Shown piece after piece: positions 13,331 through 26,833 of a stretch of 64,000 nt of DNA (position 1 is its first letter; each line of letters begins with the position of its first letter). Below the pieces are notes generated by a model, which saw only the letters and a list, made by a program, of their open reading frames with translations, was not told the origin of the DNA and did no database searches. A program made the position numbers and the translations under genes. Source of the stretch: Mytilus trossulus. Its lineage: Eukaryota. The stretch spans positions 41,664,001-41,728,000 of the forward strand of contig NC_086373.1 of NCBI RefSeq assembly GCF_036588685.1, read 5' to 3'.

Positions 13331-16300
13331 AAAGCCTATCACCGAAATCCAGACTTGAAAATCTTATTTATATTTTTTTACAATAAAATATTACATTCAG
13401 TTTGTGTCATAGTAAGAATTTTCCGTACTACATCATAAAATGTCGGTAACTCAGGCGTAATAATAACCTTTTTACTAATCAGAAAAAAATATAACAACAT
13501 ACAGACTTAACCAAAGATACGAAGAAACGATAATAAAACTCAAACAATAATTGACAACAAAACATTAAAAAAAAACAAATTATAAGTTAAACCCTCCTAG
13601 CCAAAATTCTTGCTAATATAACAGTGTTTAGCATGCCGCTTAAATGCCTACATGGCAGGGTTCAAGTACAAACAACAATAAGAAACACCGGTACAGAGAA
13701 ATAATCAAATATATATTAAAAAAATACATTTCAATTTGGAAACCGCAGCTTTCCCACGCGACGATTACCATGAATGGACGACGAAAAAAAAACAGTTATG
13801 AAAGAATGTAGAGTTATGCCTGATATATAAACACAAAGCCTTATCAAGTTTTAAATTGATCTGCATTCTAAAATAAGTACTAAACTTTTTTCTATTGGAT
13901 ACGTGGTTATAGCTAGTTAAATCGGAAAACTAAAGAATCTTAAAAAAGAACCAGCGAAAGACAAAAAACAAAAGTAAATTTGCAACGATACTGAACTCCG
14001 AGAAAATTCAAAATGAAAAGTCACTAATCAAATGGCAAAATCAAATGATAAAACACATCAAACGAATGGATAACAACTGTCATATTCAAAACTTCACTGG
14101 GGAGGAGGGGGAGCAGCTATCCGTAACTTCTGTTACGGACCGCCCAATATGGAAGTATCGGTAAGATTTTATATTTTCCAAATACTTTTGATCGAAAGAA
14201 TTGTTTGGAGATTAGTATGCCGTCCATTATCACTCAACTTCAGCTGCTCTATGGTCGGGTTGTTGTCTCTTTGACACATTTCCCATTTCCATTCTTAGTT
14301 TTATTTATTGAGAAAATTAGTAATTGTCCGTTTAGTATATACAACAACACGAATATCAAGTGTTCTGGAGAGAAAATAACGATAAAATGGTTTTATATGA
14401 CTTTAATAGAATTAAAACGGCTATTCGTAACGGATTTTTTTAAACACTGTAGACACCAACAATGGTATATGCAAATTGAAAAGCCGATATTTGAAATCTA
14501 TTTAATTAAAACCGATCATGAACAGTTAATTCTTTCATTTATTAACACACAAAAAACGGGAAAACGAAAATATATGAACTGGAAGTAAATATTTCGTTAT
14601 TTCAAGGAAAATTCCATTCAACCAAGAAAGCCGAGGAAAGTTTGAGCGTTTAAACTTTTTCAAATTTGTAGGTATTAAAAGCAACGTATTTGATATGCAA
14701 AATACATATTTTCGTTTCAGCTTGTATGAACACTGTTATACTGTTCTCATGCTAAATCCCAATTAAACAAAACTCCGTATGTTATATCATTAAGGGGGGT
14801 ACATAACACCTTAGAAAAGATAACTCTTACTCCTTGTCTAATTCATTGCTACGTTTTAAAATCATTTTTAATAAGCTTTTAAAAGAACAGAATCAGAATG
14901 TTTTCATTGCTGCATCTTTAAATTCATTTATAGTTAGATATTTACAATAAGTTAATCTTCAAAGAGTCATAATATGAAAATTTCAAAGTGAAATACATTT
15001 ACAAAAGAATACCAGGAGGTTAACAGAAAGGACCATAACTGTTTTTAGTTTTTTAACCTAGACCTTTCATATAAGAAATAAAATATATCTTATCTTAAAT
15101 CATCTTATAATAAAATAAAGTTCCAAAAATCAAAAGTATTAGGGAGCTATCATCTGATTTTAGGAAAGGGTGGGGGAGCGTAGGATAACAAATTGTGTCT
15201 GGCATTTTTCTAATTGTAATCATTGTCCTTCATTTTGATTTTTAACTCTTTTCGGACTTGACGTTTTTTTACTTGTTTATCCTGACATTTTTAACATTAA
15301 ACATAAATTGTCTTCCCGCTTGTTTCGCCATGTTGCCTGTCATCAGTGTCATGCCTTATTATTTTTTAACTCAACCTCCTGTTCTGCCTTTTTTGCAATG
15401 TCATCATCCAATCCTCCCTACTTAAATGGTACCTCTCTCTGACAATAAAATGCTAACCAAATAAATAAATAAACTAGGTACCTATGTCAAAAGAAGTAGG
15501 AGTACGAAAAAAATAACAACATTAAGTTGACCATAAGGTTATATGTAAAGTTCATAAGAAGGTCATCATGCAAGACACTTAATCTCATGATGATACATCC
15601 ACATGCCAAATATCTAAGGTCTAGTTAGAAAGACGACACATTTATGACCATTATGTACTATCAGAATGGATTTTGCTCTCATTTAATGAACCAATTTGAG
15701 TTAAAGGCGTATTTTAAACTTTTACGAAAAAATCAGGTGATTGAATTAAAAATATTTGCGAGAACAACCGATTAGTTCAGCACTAAAATGGTTAGCTTTT
15801 ATGAAAAAAAATTAAAGGACACGTTTTTTTTATTCAAAAAAAATTTTCTTCTTCAATTACTAAAACCATCACATTCAATTGTCAGGGCGGGCTCTGATTC
15901 CCCCACTTTTTTTTTATAGCTTAGACAAAATTTGTAATCCATATTAAAAAAAATACTTACAAGTAAAGGGTATCAGTGATCTAGTATTAGCCTCAGTTAT
16001 AAGTATTAGCTATATTTTTTTTTAATATTACCAATTATACCCCTATACCTATATTTCTGAAACTTCGAAATTTGACCGATATTATCATGTAAAAGATGTC
16101 ATATTTGAGTTGCGAAAGCTTTTAAACCTATTGTTTTCAAACATTTTACAAGATGTTAAGCTTGGCAAAATGTATCAATGAGAGAAAAAATAATAATACT
16201 ACAGTTTTTTTTTTTTTGGGGGGGGGGGGGGGGGTATAGTGCATAAACAAAACACACAATCTTAAACATATTTTCATTTATTTAGATCAATTTGTTTTTA

Positions 16301-17717
16301 GCCTGAATCTTCACATATGATTAAATATTCTCTACAGTGAAATAAAATCTGAAAGTATGTTTCATACATTGTACCATAAAATAAAATAATAATAGAAGCG
16401 CATCCTAATTGTAAAGCTCTATTATTTTCATGTTATACAAGACAGCATGTAGTTTTCTTACAAATACAAACACGAAATTTTAGTATAAAAAAGTGTTCGG
16501 GTCAGGTAGAGAAGTGATCAAACATGAGACATCGAAGAGTGCGTCTGTAAGCCTTTTACCTGTCTTTTGAATATAGAAATAAGATATTGCATGATAGTTA
16601 ATAAGACAATTATCTATCACACACGTACCAATGTTGAAATTTCAAACTTTAGTTCACAGAACTACCTTCAACAATTATTGAAACCCATACCACATAGTTA
16701 GCTAAACAATAGTTCGTATATCTTTTTATCTTATTGACCGACGATGTGATTTAGATACAATGGATAAGCGTTTATTCTTGAAAAAGAAACCATGAGCCCG
16801 GAGGGCGAATGGTTTGTTTTTCATGAATCAACGCTTATCCACTGTATCTATATCTTAAACTATTGTGTTAATGTCTTTTGAAAATTAACGCCTATTCTTA
16901 ATTAAAAGGTATTGTAAGGGAGTTTAAATAACCATGTAATCGTGTTACACGAACCATTACAGTTAATAAATATCACAATCAAATGGTTAAAAAATTCAAA
17001 TTATAACACAACACGTCAACCAGTAAAGATCTTCATACTTTAAGGCATCTGAATGTTATCTGCTATTACAAAATAAGATATATTGAGTTCGAACTTATTT
17101 CTAATAAAATTGAAAATGGAAATGGAGACTGTGTAAAAGGGAAAACAACCCGACAAAGAACATATATATAGTGCATATCCTAAGTATTTGTCCGAAATTT
17201 CTCACAAAAGCCTACAATGTAATTATAGTAACATTACGATTTTCTAGCATAGAAATTTGCGAATTAACAGTGATAAAATTATGTAGTAAAACAGACGGAA
17301 TCATATTAGATTAATTTATAAAACAAAAAAGGACAAATAAAATGTAGTCATTTTTGTTTCAAACATGTGGAATAGTCAACAATAATTCGATAATGAACGA
17401 CCAAACTCTCTTTTATTACACAAAATATCCACAATAACATACAAAGCAAGAACAAAAACTAGAAAACTAGAGAAAAGGGACAGCAAAGAGAATTCAGGGA
17501 TTCTAACCTTAACAGATAAGTCCGTACCTTATATCACTTATATTAACCATTTTTTTTATCATTATCTTATATTAACCATGAAACCTCGTGGCTACCAATT
17601 CGTACTATACGTTTGCCTATTATGTTTATATAAAGGTACAAGCCATGTTTGTATATTGTACCGATGTATATCATATATTCATTTATGTATATAAAATAGA
17701 CATTTAAATCGTAACCG

Positions 17718-17790
17718 ATTGGTAGCCCAGAGGTTTCGTCAGTTGCACGGTACAGAATTCATGGACAGGTTCGATTCCCAGTGAAGGCAT
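17718..17790 (+). promoter_or_regulatory. tRNA-like Pol III internal promoter (probable SINE head)
   Basis: A box TAGCCCAGAGG 17723-17733; B box GGTTCGATTCCC 17768-17779. Confidence 0.5.
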
Positions 17791-17820
17791 ATAGAAATTA
17801 CAAAAATGTAAGGACAGTTT

Positions 17821-19554
17821 TCACCAGCCCAGTAGTCAGCACTTCGGTGTTGACATGAATATCAATTATATGGTCATTTCTATAAATTTTCTGTTTACAA
17901 AACTTTGAATTTTTCGAAAAACTAAGGATTTTCTTACGTCCAGGAGTAGATTACCTTAGCCGTATTTGGCACAACTTTTAGGAATTTTTGGGTCCTTAAT
18001 GCTCTTCAACTTTGTATTTGTTTGGCATATTAACTGTTTTGATCTGAGCGTCACTGATGAGTCTTATGTAGACGAAACGCGCGTCTGGCGTATTAAATTA
18101 TAATCCTGGTACCTTTGATAACTATTTACACCACTGGGTCGATGCCACTGCTGGTGGACGTTTCGTCCCCGAGGATATCACCAGCCCAGTAGTCAGCACT
18201 TCGGTGTTGACATGAATATCAATTATATGGTCATTTCTATAAATTTTCTGTTTACAAAACTTTTAATTTTTCGAAAAACTAAGGATTTTCTTACGTCCAG
18301 GAGTAGATTACCTTAGCCGTATTTGGCACCTTTTTTCGGAATTTTTGGGTCCTCAATGCTCTTCAACTTTGTATTTGTTTGGCATATTAACTGTTTTGAT
18401 CTGAGCGTCACTGATGAGTCTTATGTAGACGAAACGCGCGTCTGGCGTATTAAATTATAATCCTGGTACCTTTGATAACTATTTACACCACTGGGTCGAT
18501 GCCACTGCTGATGGACGTTTCATCCCCGAGGGTATCACCAGCCCAGTAGTCAGCACTTCGGTGTTGATATGAATATCAATTATATGGTCATTTCTATAAA
18601 TTTTCTGTTTACAAAACTTTTAATTTTTCGAAAAACTAAGGATTTTCGTACGTCCAGGAGTAGATTACCTTAGCCGTATTTGGCACAACTTTTAGGAATT
18701 TTTGGGTCCTCAACGCTCTTCAACTTTGTATTTGTTTGGCATATTAACTGTTTTGATCTGAGCGTCACTGATGAGTCTTATGTAGACGAAACGCGCGTCT
18801 GGCGTATTAAATTATAATCCTGGTACCTTTGATAACTATTTACACCACTGGGTCGATGCCACTGCTGGTGGACGTTTCGTCCCCGAGGGTATCACCAGCC
18901 CAGTAGTCAGCACTTCGGTGTTGACATGAATATCAATTATATGGTCATTTCTATAAATTTTCTGTTTACAAAACTTTTAATTTTTCAAAAAACTAAGGAT
19001 TTTCTTACGTCCAGGAGTAGATTACCTTAGCCGTATTTGGCACAACTTTTAGGATTTTTTAGGTCTTCAATGCTCTTCAACTTTGTATTTGTTTAGCATA
19101 TTAACTGTTTTGATCTGAGCGTCACTGATGAGTCTTATGTAGACGAAACGCGCGTCTGGTGTATTAAATTATAATCCTGGTACCTTTGATAACTATTTAC
19201 ACCACTGGGTCGATGCCACTGCTGGTGGACGTTTCGTCCCCGAGGGTATCACCAGCCCAGTAGTCAGCACTTCGGTGTTGACATGAATATCAATTATATG
19301 GTCATTTCTATAAATTTTCTGTTTACAAAACTTTTAATTTTTCGAAAAACTAAGGATTTTCTTACGTCCAGGAGTAGATTACCTTAGCCGTATTTGGCAC
19401 AACTTTTAGGAATTTTTGGGTCCTCAATGCTCTTCAACTTTGTATTTGTTTAGCATATTAACTGTTTTGGTCTGAGCGTCACTGATGAGTCTTATGTAGA
19501 CGAAACGCGCGTCTGGCGTATTAAATTATAATCCTGGTACCTTTGATAACTATT
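17821..19554 (+). mobile_element. Non-LTR retrozyme array: 357-bp unit x ~4.9, one hammerhead ribozyme per unit
   Basis: Units start at 17821, 18178, 18535, 18892 and 19249 and are near identical. Each contains GCGTCA-CTGATGA-GTCT-TATGT-AGAC-GAAA-CGCGC-GTC-TGGCGT. Confidence 0.9.
18048..18091 (+). ncRNA. Minimal type I hammerhead ribozyme (also at 18405-18448, 18762-18805, 19119-19162, 19476-19519)
   Basis: CUGAUGA and GAAA core; stem II GUCU/AGAC; stem I GCGUCA/UGGCGU; palindromic stem III ACGCGCGU; GUC cleavage triplet ending at 18085. Confidence 0.9.
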
Positions 19555-19740
19555 CATAAGTGAACAAAAATCAGTAAATTAGTCAATTCAAACTTAATGT
19601 AAATATGCACACAAAGGAAACAAAAGAATATACAATGTGGAGTCCATTTCAGAGACAGATTTAGGAAGCGTTGATTCTAGAAAAAGAATCCACCGTAAAT
19701 GAAAGGCCGACGTCACCACACTGGTTTAAATGAATGTATA

Positions 19741-21341
19741 TGTTACAGTAAATAGGTGAAATTAGGAATTACATGTAATTATTAAAATTTAGGAATTACA
19801 GGTAATTACCGATGCACTTAGTTAATACAAGTAATTCCTGAAACGGCCCAGTTATTACCAGTAATTACTAATTTTAAAATGAGTTTTTACACCTATTTAC
19901 TGACTGATAAAACAATGTTGTATTATGGTCAGATGATCAAAAGTTATGGTAATACTAACTAGAAGATTAGTTAGTACTCTTAAAAATGTGAATGGTTGAT
20001 TTGTATTCAAAATATCCTGAATAAATATGGACTTTCAAATATTTGGTTAAATCAGAGTAACTTTAGTTTTAATCCAAAATGGTTAAAGTTGGGCATTATG
20101 CAGATATTTTTTTACCAATTTCAGCATACATGGAAATCAGAAATGAAAAATTCTCCCAAAGCATTATGTTTTAACTTTTTTCAAAAAAAAATTGAGTTTG
20201 AAGAATATTTAGACTTATTACCTTATAAAGATCAGATAACGTTGTGAAGGTTAAGAACTGGAATGAACTGTTAAGTGCATTAGCTTCGAGATATCAAAAA
20301 AAAAAAAATATATTTGTTTTGGTTAAATCATTAATAAAAATTATATAGTGAAATTATAATTCACTGTTAGTAGCTAATATAGTTCTATTTTGTTAAATAT
20401 GCTGAGAAACAAGGTTGATGAGTTGTGCACTTGCTATAGTGAATATTTGGACCTTATTGAATACGTATTCATGTGACCTTCAATTCAACCCCTAGAGCTC
20501 TGAAGACGGGTTATCAATGTATTAAGCTATTAAAATTGTAAGAGTTTTGCAGAACAAATAGTCTCGCCTACTTTTTCTGTTAATCGCAGGCTCAACAAAA
20601 ATGAGGAAAAAATATTAAAATTAACCTCTAGATACTATCTTTTGACTAGTACTATAAGAAGCTTCTGTCAAAATTGGGTAAAAATCCAGGATGGTTTTTA
20701 AAATCTAATGTTTTAAACTTTAACTGCAGAGTGTATGTAATGTTAACTGGGGAAAAAACTAGTCCATTTATCATGTTTATAAGTAATAAAGGAAAAAAAG
20801 TGGGTTTTTTTACAATCTTTACTTTCGGAAATATCTTATGATCATCAACATTTAGCTTCTGCCCAAGTTTGATAGAAATCCAAGATATTTGGAGAAAGTT
20901 ATTTTAAAGTTTTAAAACACAGTGCATGATTGAGATTTTAGTTTAACAAAATTATGAAAATCAATTTTGGATCGATACTTTTGTCTTGCATGTATCTACT
21001 TCAAGACCTATAAAACAACCATTTTCCAGTTTCAATTCTGAAACACTAAAGAGTATGCAATTTTGGTGAGCCTAATATTCCTACATCCTCAAGTCAGCTC
21101 CCTTAAAATCCCTACCCCTTTACTTTGTTATTTGGTATCTTGAGTTATGTTTTTAATTTTAAAACAAAAACATCAAGTTAGTAAATAGCTGTAAAAATGA
21201 CCAAAAAAATCAGTAATTACCAGTAATCACTGAAACAACTAGTAAATACATGTAATTACTAAATTGGCTAGTAATTACAGGTATTTACTGAAGTGTTTAG
21301 TAATTACGTGTAATTCCTAATTTCACCTATTTACTGTAACA
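19741..21341. mobile_element. Non-autonomous Ginger-like DNA element
   Basis: TGTTACAGTAAATAGGTGAAATTAGGAATTACA TIRs; TGT..ACA termini; 4-bp TSD TATA confirmed by the empty site ATGAATGTATACATA at ~2566; GTAATTAC subterminal repeats. Confidence 0.75.
19915..20270 (+). pseudogene. Degenerate non-LTR retrotransposon ORF2 C-terminal fragment
   Basis: W..I..IL...GLSNIWL.Q...QF...W.S.....K...F..F....EFEEYL...L*RLRTG pattern resembling the post-RT region of LINE ORF2; in-frame stop. Confidence 0.6.
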
Positions 21342-21646
21342 TATACATACAACAATAAACAAATAAACATATTATATCCCAAGGTAGATATGGTAAACAG
21401 TTTTCGCAATTGAAATATATCCTCATACTTTTTATGTTATAATAAAGAATTCGTTTATACCTCTTTTTATAATCTAAGATTTCTATGCTTATACCATTCT
21501 GTTTTATAAAGAAAATCGTTACTTTTCCGTATTGTCTAGCTATCAGCACGTATCCAGCATTAACATAACAAAAACTTAATACAATATTTTATTTTAGAAA
21601 GGATATCAAAAAGTGTTCATAATATAGGATTTCGGTGATAGGCTTT

Positions 21647-22693
21647 TCATGGTGAGTATCCATTAGACGGTCTTCTTCTACAAATCCTGTGACAGTTAAC
21701 AGTGGCACAGTATCTGTTTGTTGGACACTCACCGTCACTAAAACAGTCGTTTTTGCAATCAGTTTTTCCTCCTAACACTGACTGAGAAATTAGTCCTGAA
21801 CCAGAAGTACGACCTGACCCACTACGTCTGGAAGAAACAGTGTCTAGAACAACACGCCCACCTCGTCCAGAACTGATTGCATCAAGAATATCTGCACCTG
21901 AATGACCAGACACTCCATGGACACTACCAATAGTTTCCAAATGAAAATTTCTGGACAGATCCGCATTTCTAGCCAGACCAGATGAACCAATTCGGCCGCC
22001 AGAGGTGAAATGATCATCATCGTCAGATAAACCACGGGACAAACCAATTGAAGAGCCTCTTATGATTCCAGATTTAGAGGTCCTGCCACCAACAAAAGCC
22101 CCAGACAATCCTCTACCGGAAGATGACCCGTGTGTAATAAATTCACTGTCTGTTCCATGAGATGTTCCAACATTTCTTGATCCTGCTCGTCTATTTGCAT
22201 CAATAACATCCAGTACAGAAAGAGATCCTTCACCACGACGCCTGTTTATGTTTCTTCCACCTGTGTGTTCGACCAGTAAAACCTTTTCCACTCCATGTCT
22301 ATCTAAAGCATGCTCATCCGAGGGTGCATATACTGTAAAATAAATATCTGACAATGAATATGATTTTCATGAATTGATTCATTCGAAAACAAATACTGGG
22401 GAATTATTTTTATTTAACAATGCAATGATATAAGGTATTATTGCCAATAAAATAGTTACACACTCTAGGCAAAGGGACGTTGTTTTAAAAAATTGAAGAG
22501 ACTGTTCGATTTTGTAAATATAAGCTGTTTTAAGAACATTCTGTGATAGGATAATCAAATATTATCTACACACTGAAAACACCTTTATTTAATACATTAC
22601 AAATTTTGAGAAAAACACTTGAACATTTTTCTTACCGGCTACTGTTATTGTGGTCAATGTCATCAACACGAAAATGGTCTGGAATCTCATCAT
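21647..22693 (-). CDS. Secreted Gly/Ser/Arg-rich protein with C-terminal 6-Cys WAP-like domain (copy 3, 247 aa)
   Basis: Coding exons 22636-22693 (MMRFQTIFVLMTLTTITVA) and 21647-22332; canonical splice sites; AATAAA 21588-21593 on the minus strand. Confidence 0.9.
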
Positions 22694-23020
22694 TTTTAGT
22701 CTGAAATTTAGAGGAAAAATATCTTTACTTACAAAATAGCTGTTCAAATAATGTAATACGAATTATAATGATAGTGAAAATAAAGTTTCAATCTATAAAT
22801 GCAATACGATTTTAAAGAAAAATTAGGTTCACATTACAAAAATTTGCATAACTTACATTGATTGTCAAGTATAATTATAAGATATACATTTACTTTTACC
22901 GTATTCAAACTTAAGAAACAAACATTACTTCGAATGATTAATATCTTGAATAAATGAAATAATTATTTAATTCTGAATTAAACTTCCGATGGATTTTAAA
23001 ACTCAGTAAACATCAGTTAA

Positions 23021-23466
23021 AGGTTGCACTATGTAAATACAGCTGTTTCTCAAAACACGCCTCTTTTGGGGAGATCTTGAATATTCATAGAAAATTAATT
23101 TTGATTACGTACTGGTTCCCAGTATGCTCTCTGTGTTCCATATCACAGAGACATAACTTTGGAATGTTACCAGTAAAAAAATATGTGCATATTGTTTACA
23201 TTGAAATCTGTGGTAACCCTTCGTTCGAGGTAGGGGTAGTGAAGAAAATTAGTGGTAGTTTAAACCCTGAGAAGTTCAGGGCATACAAACGTTCAAAATA
23301 TGCCGCACAACCCTATATTTTGACCTTTGAAAAATTGTGATGCATATGAACTTTCAATTCTAGGTTAAGATTTTTTTAAAACTTCATAGTAACAGTGGTA
23401 CAGTTTTAGCCATAAAAAGAGTTCCTATGGGAAGTTGCATAGTCAATATTTACAGAAATGCAACCT
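23021..23466. mobile_element. MITE (Kolobok-like) in intron 1 of copy 3
   Basis: TTAA-AGGTTGCACTATGTAAAT...ATTTACAGAAATGCAACCT-ATAA; absent in copies 0 and 1. Confidence 0.7.
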
Positions 23467-23725
23467 ATAACAATTAATAAAACTTTGAAGCAGTATGTTA
23501 CTTCTGTATTTATGTTTAATAACTTAAATCATTACTAAAATCAATACAAAAATGTATAACAATGCACCACGCTTTAAACTTGATAAATCGTTCTTTACTA
23601 AATCTTTAACGTCTTATTTCTATTCTTAATACTATGGCGTTAAATATCATTCTTATATCTTTCATATTTATGTTAAGTAAACCAAATAGTTAAAAATGTA
23701 TCATTCTGCTTTAATAATTTCTTAC

Positions 23726-23900
23726 CTTTGATTGGAACAATTCGAATTGTTTCTAATGAATAATGTTTTACTGCCTCCAAATCGTTCTTTTATACAGTTT
23801 TCAATTATATTGTTTATAATACACATGTACACATGGATAGTTTTAATTTAACCGCAAATGATGAATTTGTTGATTGTAGGTGCACTTTTAAATGTCCCAC
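23726..23900 (-). promoter_or_regulatory. Core promoter and non-coding first exon of copy 3
   Basis: TATAAAA 23788-23794, donor CAAAG|GTAAG 23726/23725, conserved motif at 23851-23866. Confidence 0.7.
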
Positions 23901-24467
23901 TGTCGTAGTACTAAGGAATTGTAATGTATGTCTATGGAAATAACACATTGTGTTTCCTTCTACAATCGATGTTGTTTTCATGACGTCATATTGCATGTAC
24001 GTGTTTTAAACTATTGTTTAACCTATAAGTAATGTTTTCAAATAAATAAATTTTATATTTGGTAGTAGCCAGAGACTTGTACAGTTTAAAAAAAAAAAAT
24101 GAAGTCCTTTATTTCCTTATAGACGATATTATAAATTCTTTGGATTGCTTGGAAAACTGCTGCTTAAAGGTTACACAGTTGACATTTGAAGAAGCTTTTC
24201 TAAGTAATTATAAGGATTTCATTTCAATCTAATACACAATACTAGCAATTTGTCTGCATTTAATTTACAAGTCTAATGTTAATATGCCTCAAATAAAATC
24301 AGGTTTGGATTTAAAAAGAAAAGGTAATCTAAGAATTCAAACAAAGTTGAGTCAAATCTGGGCTATGTCAATTTTGTCTTGGGATTACAAAAAAGGTCCT
24401 GTTTCGTTGCGTGTCAACATTTTTTGTCTGATGAAAATTTTCAAACAATTACTTTTCATCTTAACTA

Positions 24468-24900
24468 AGATAGATATAGGAAGATGTGGTGTGAGTGCCA
24501 ATGAGACAACTCTCCATCCAAATAACAATTTAAAAATTAAACCATTATAGGTTAAAGTACGGCCTTCAACACGGAGCCTTGGCTCACACCGAACAACAAG
24601 CTATAAAGGGCCCCAAAATTACTAGTGTAAAACCATTCAAACGGGAAAACCAACGGTCTAATCTATATAAACAAAACGAGAAACGAGAAACACGTATATA
24701 CTACATAAACAAACGACAACTACTGTACATCAGATTCCTGACTTAGGACAGGTGCAAACATTTGCAGCGGGATTAAACGTTTTAATGGGCCCAAACCTTC
24801 TCCCTTTTTCTGAAACAATAGCATAACATCACAACATATAAAAACATACGAAAAAATATCAATTAGCAGACTTAACTCAATCAAAAAACGTATGATTAAG
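24468..24900 (+). repeat. Interspersed repeat family beginning AAGATGTGGTRTGAGTGCCAATGAGACAACTCTCCA
   Basis: Related copies at ~1747-1935, 5265-5310, 32390-32790, 37680-37745 and 52315-52485 in both orientations. Confidence 0.75.
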
Positions 24901-25613
24901 AGCATGCCTTGAGATTTAAAAAAATGTTTTTTTCTTTCCGAATTAACATTTTGTGTTAAATTTAAATATTCAGGGAGACAAAACATCTCCATAGCAGTGA
25001 CTTTGATCTAATTGTTTTGATGATGGATTTTGTGAAAGGTTTTGATGTTATTCTTTCATTTTTTTGGTTTGTAATCGTGAGTTGTATTTCAATGCAATGT
25101 TACCTTGGATAAACTGTTTTGCTGCCATTATTAAGCCATAATCTATCATAAACTACAAACTAAATATTAAGGAAGCTGCCTCATTTTGACAAAAATGACC
25201 AAAGACACCATGGGTACATGAATATCTTAAATAGTTTGAAAAAGTGACAGCGCAATTCAATAAGATTATTTAAAAAGACGACGAAAAGTTTATAAGATAT
25301 TACTAAAACTTAAACCTCCTAATTATATGGAAAGTTTTTTATAATGAAAAAAAAAGTAAAATAACACAAAAACTACTGATTTAAAACAGAAAGTTCCTTA
25401 TCAAATGGCAAATGAAAAGATCAAACACATCAAACGGATCCCGGATAGACACAACTGTCATACTTCTGTCTTGGAACAGACATTTTCTGATGTAAATAAT
25501 GGTGGATTAAACCTTGTTTCATAGCTAGCTTAACTTCTTACTTGTATGACAGTTTCATTAAATTTCTTGGTATTGACAACAATGTATGAACAAAACAAAC
25601 AGGCAAAACACGG

Positions 25614-26217
25614 GTTATGTTCTTCTCATATTTGTCATGATGGTATGATACTTAACCCCTAACAGAAAGGACTGTGCATGATATTCATATGATGCAATTA
25701 TAATCTTTCAATCAGTTTAATTGAAGTCTGGAGCTTGCATGTCTTTTAACTGCTAGTAGTCTGTTGTTATCTATGTATTATTGTCATTTTGTTTATCTTC
25801 TTTGGTTACATTTTTTGACATCAGACTAGGACATCTCTTGAACTGAATTTTAATGTGCGTTTAGTTATGCCTTTACTTTTCTAGTTACTTTGGCTAGAGA
25901 TAAAGGGGGAGTGTTGAGATCTCATAAACATGTTTAACCCTGCCGCATTTTTGTGCCTGTTCCAAGTCAGGAGCCTCTGGCCTTTGTTAGTCTTGTATTA
26001 TTTTAATTTTAGTTTCTTGTGTACAATTTGGAGTTTAGTATGGCGTTCATTTATCACTGAACTAGTATATATTTGTTTAGGGGCCAGCTGAAGGACGCCT
26101 CCGGGTGAGGGAATTTCTCGCTACATTGAAGACCTGTTGGTGACCTTCTGCTGGGTTTTTTTCTATGGTCGGGTTGTTGTCTCTTTGACACATACCTATT
26201 TCCATTCTCAATTTTAT
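25614..26217. repeat. Interspersed repeat ending GGGTTGTTGTCTCTTTGACACA..TTCCATTCTCAATTTTAT
   Basis: The same terminus recurs at ~2882-2940, 14249-14307 and 17103-17160. Confidence 0.65.
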
Positions 26218-26630
26218 TATAGGTATAACCTTAAAAAAAAACCGGGTACATCAGTCAGCAGTGTTTTATAATCTTAATCACTTTAAAAACAAAACAAATA
26301 TGTATCACAGAAGCACAACAAAAAGAGATAAAACAGTTAAAGTCATTCTGTATACCAACTTATTTTCGTGGATAATTTATTTTGCTTTTGCTGTTCTAAA
26401 ATTTACCTGATGAAGATAAATAATGAAAAATGTAATGCTTGCATGTATATCCGCGACGATTTATATTTGCGTTATTTTTCTTCTCGCAAAAATTGCAAAA
26501 ATAAGTTGATATACAGTATTCATAAAGACAAGTAGAAGAATATACAAACACGTTATTAAGATTATAAACAACGTCAGTATCCAGATTCTATTCTTAAAGA
26601 CCATCGGTTATTATTTTATAGTATTTATTT

Positions 26631-26700
26631 TGATGAGTCTTATGAGGACGAAACACGCGTCTTGCGTACTAAATTATAATGCTGGTACCTTTGATAACTA
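26631..26700 (+). mobile_element. Retrozyme fragment with broken hammerhead
   Basis: TGATGAGTCTTATGAGGACGAAACACGCGTC...GGTACCTTTGATAACTA; the 5' strand of stem I is missing. Confidence 0.75.
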
Positions 26701-26833
26701 CATGTATTTAGAAGTTGATACGGAATATTTATCAATTAGGTTTTGGTAAACAGTTATTCGTTTACCAAAGAACAAATCAGCGAGCGAGCAAATTACAGAT
26801 TGCAGAAGGGCCTTCAACGTTAAGCATTGTTGA

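Noticed and set aside
16205-16234. T13-G17 homopolymer
   Set aside because: Simple low-complexity run with unreliable length and no supporting context.
17718-17790. Possible tRNA gene
   Set aside because: A and B boxes are present but I could not form a cloverleaf; treated as a SINE-like head.
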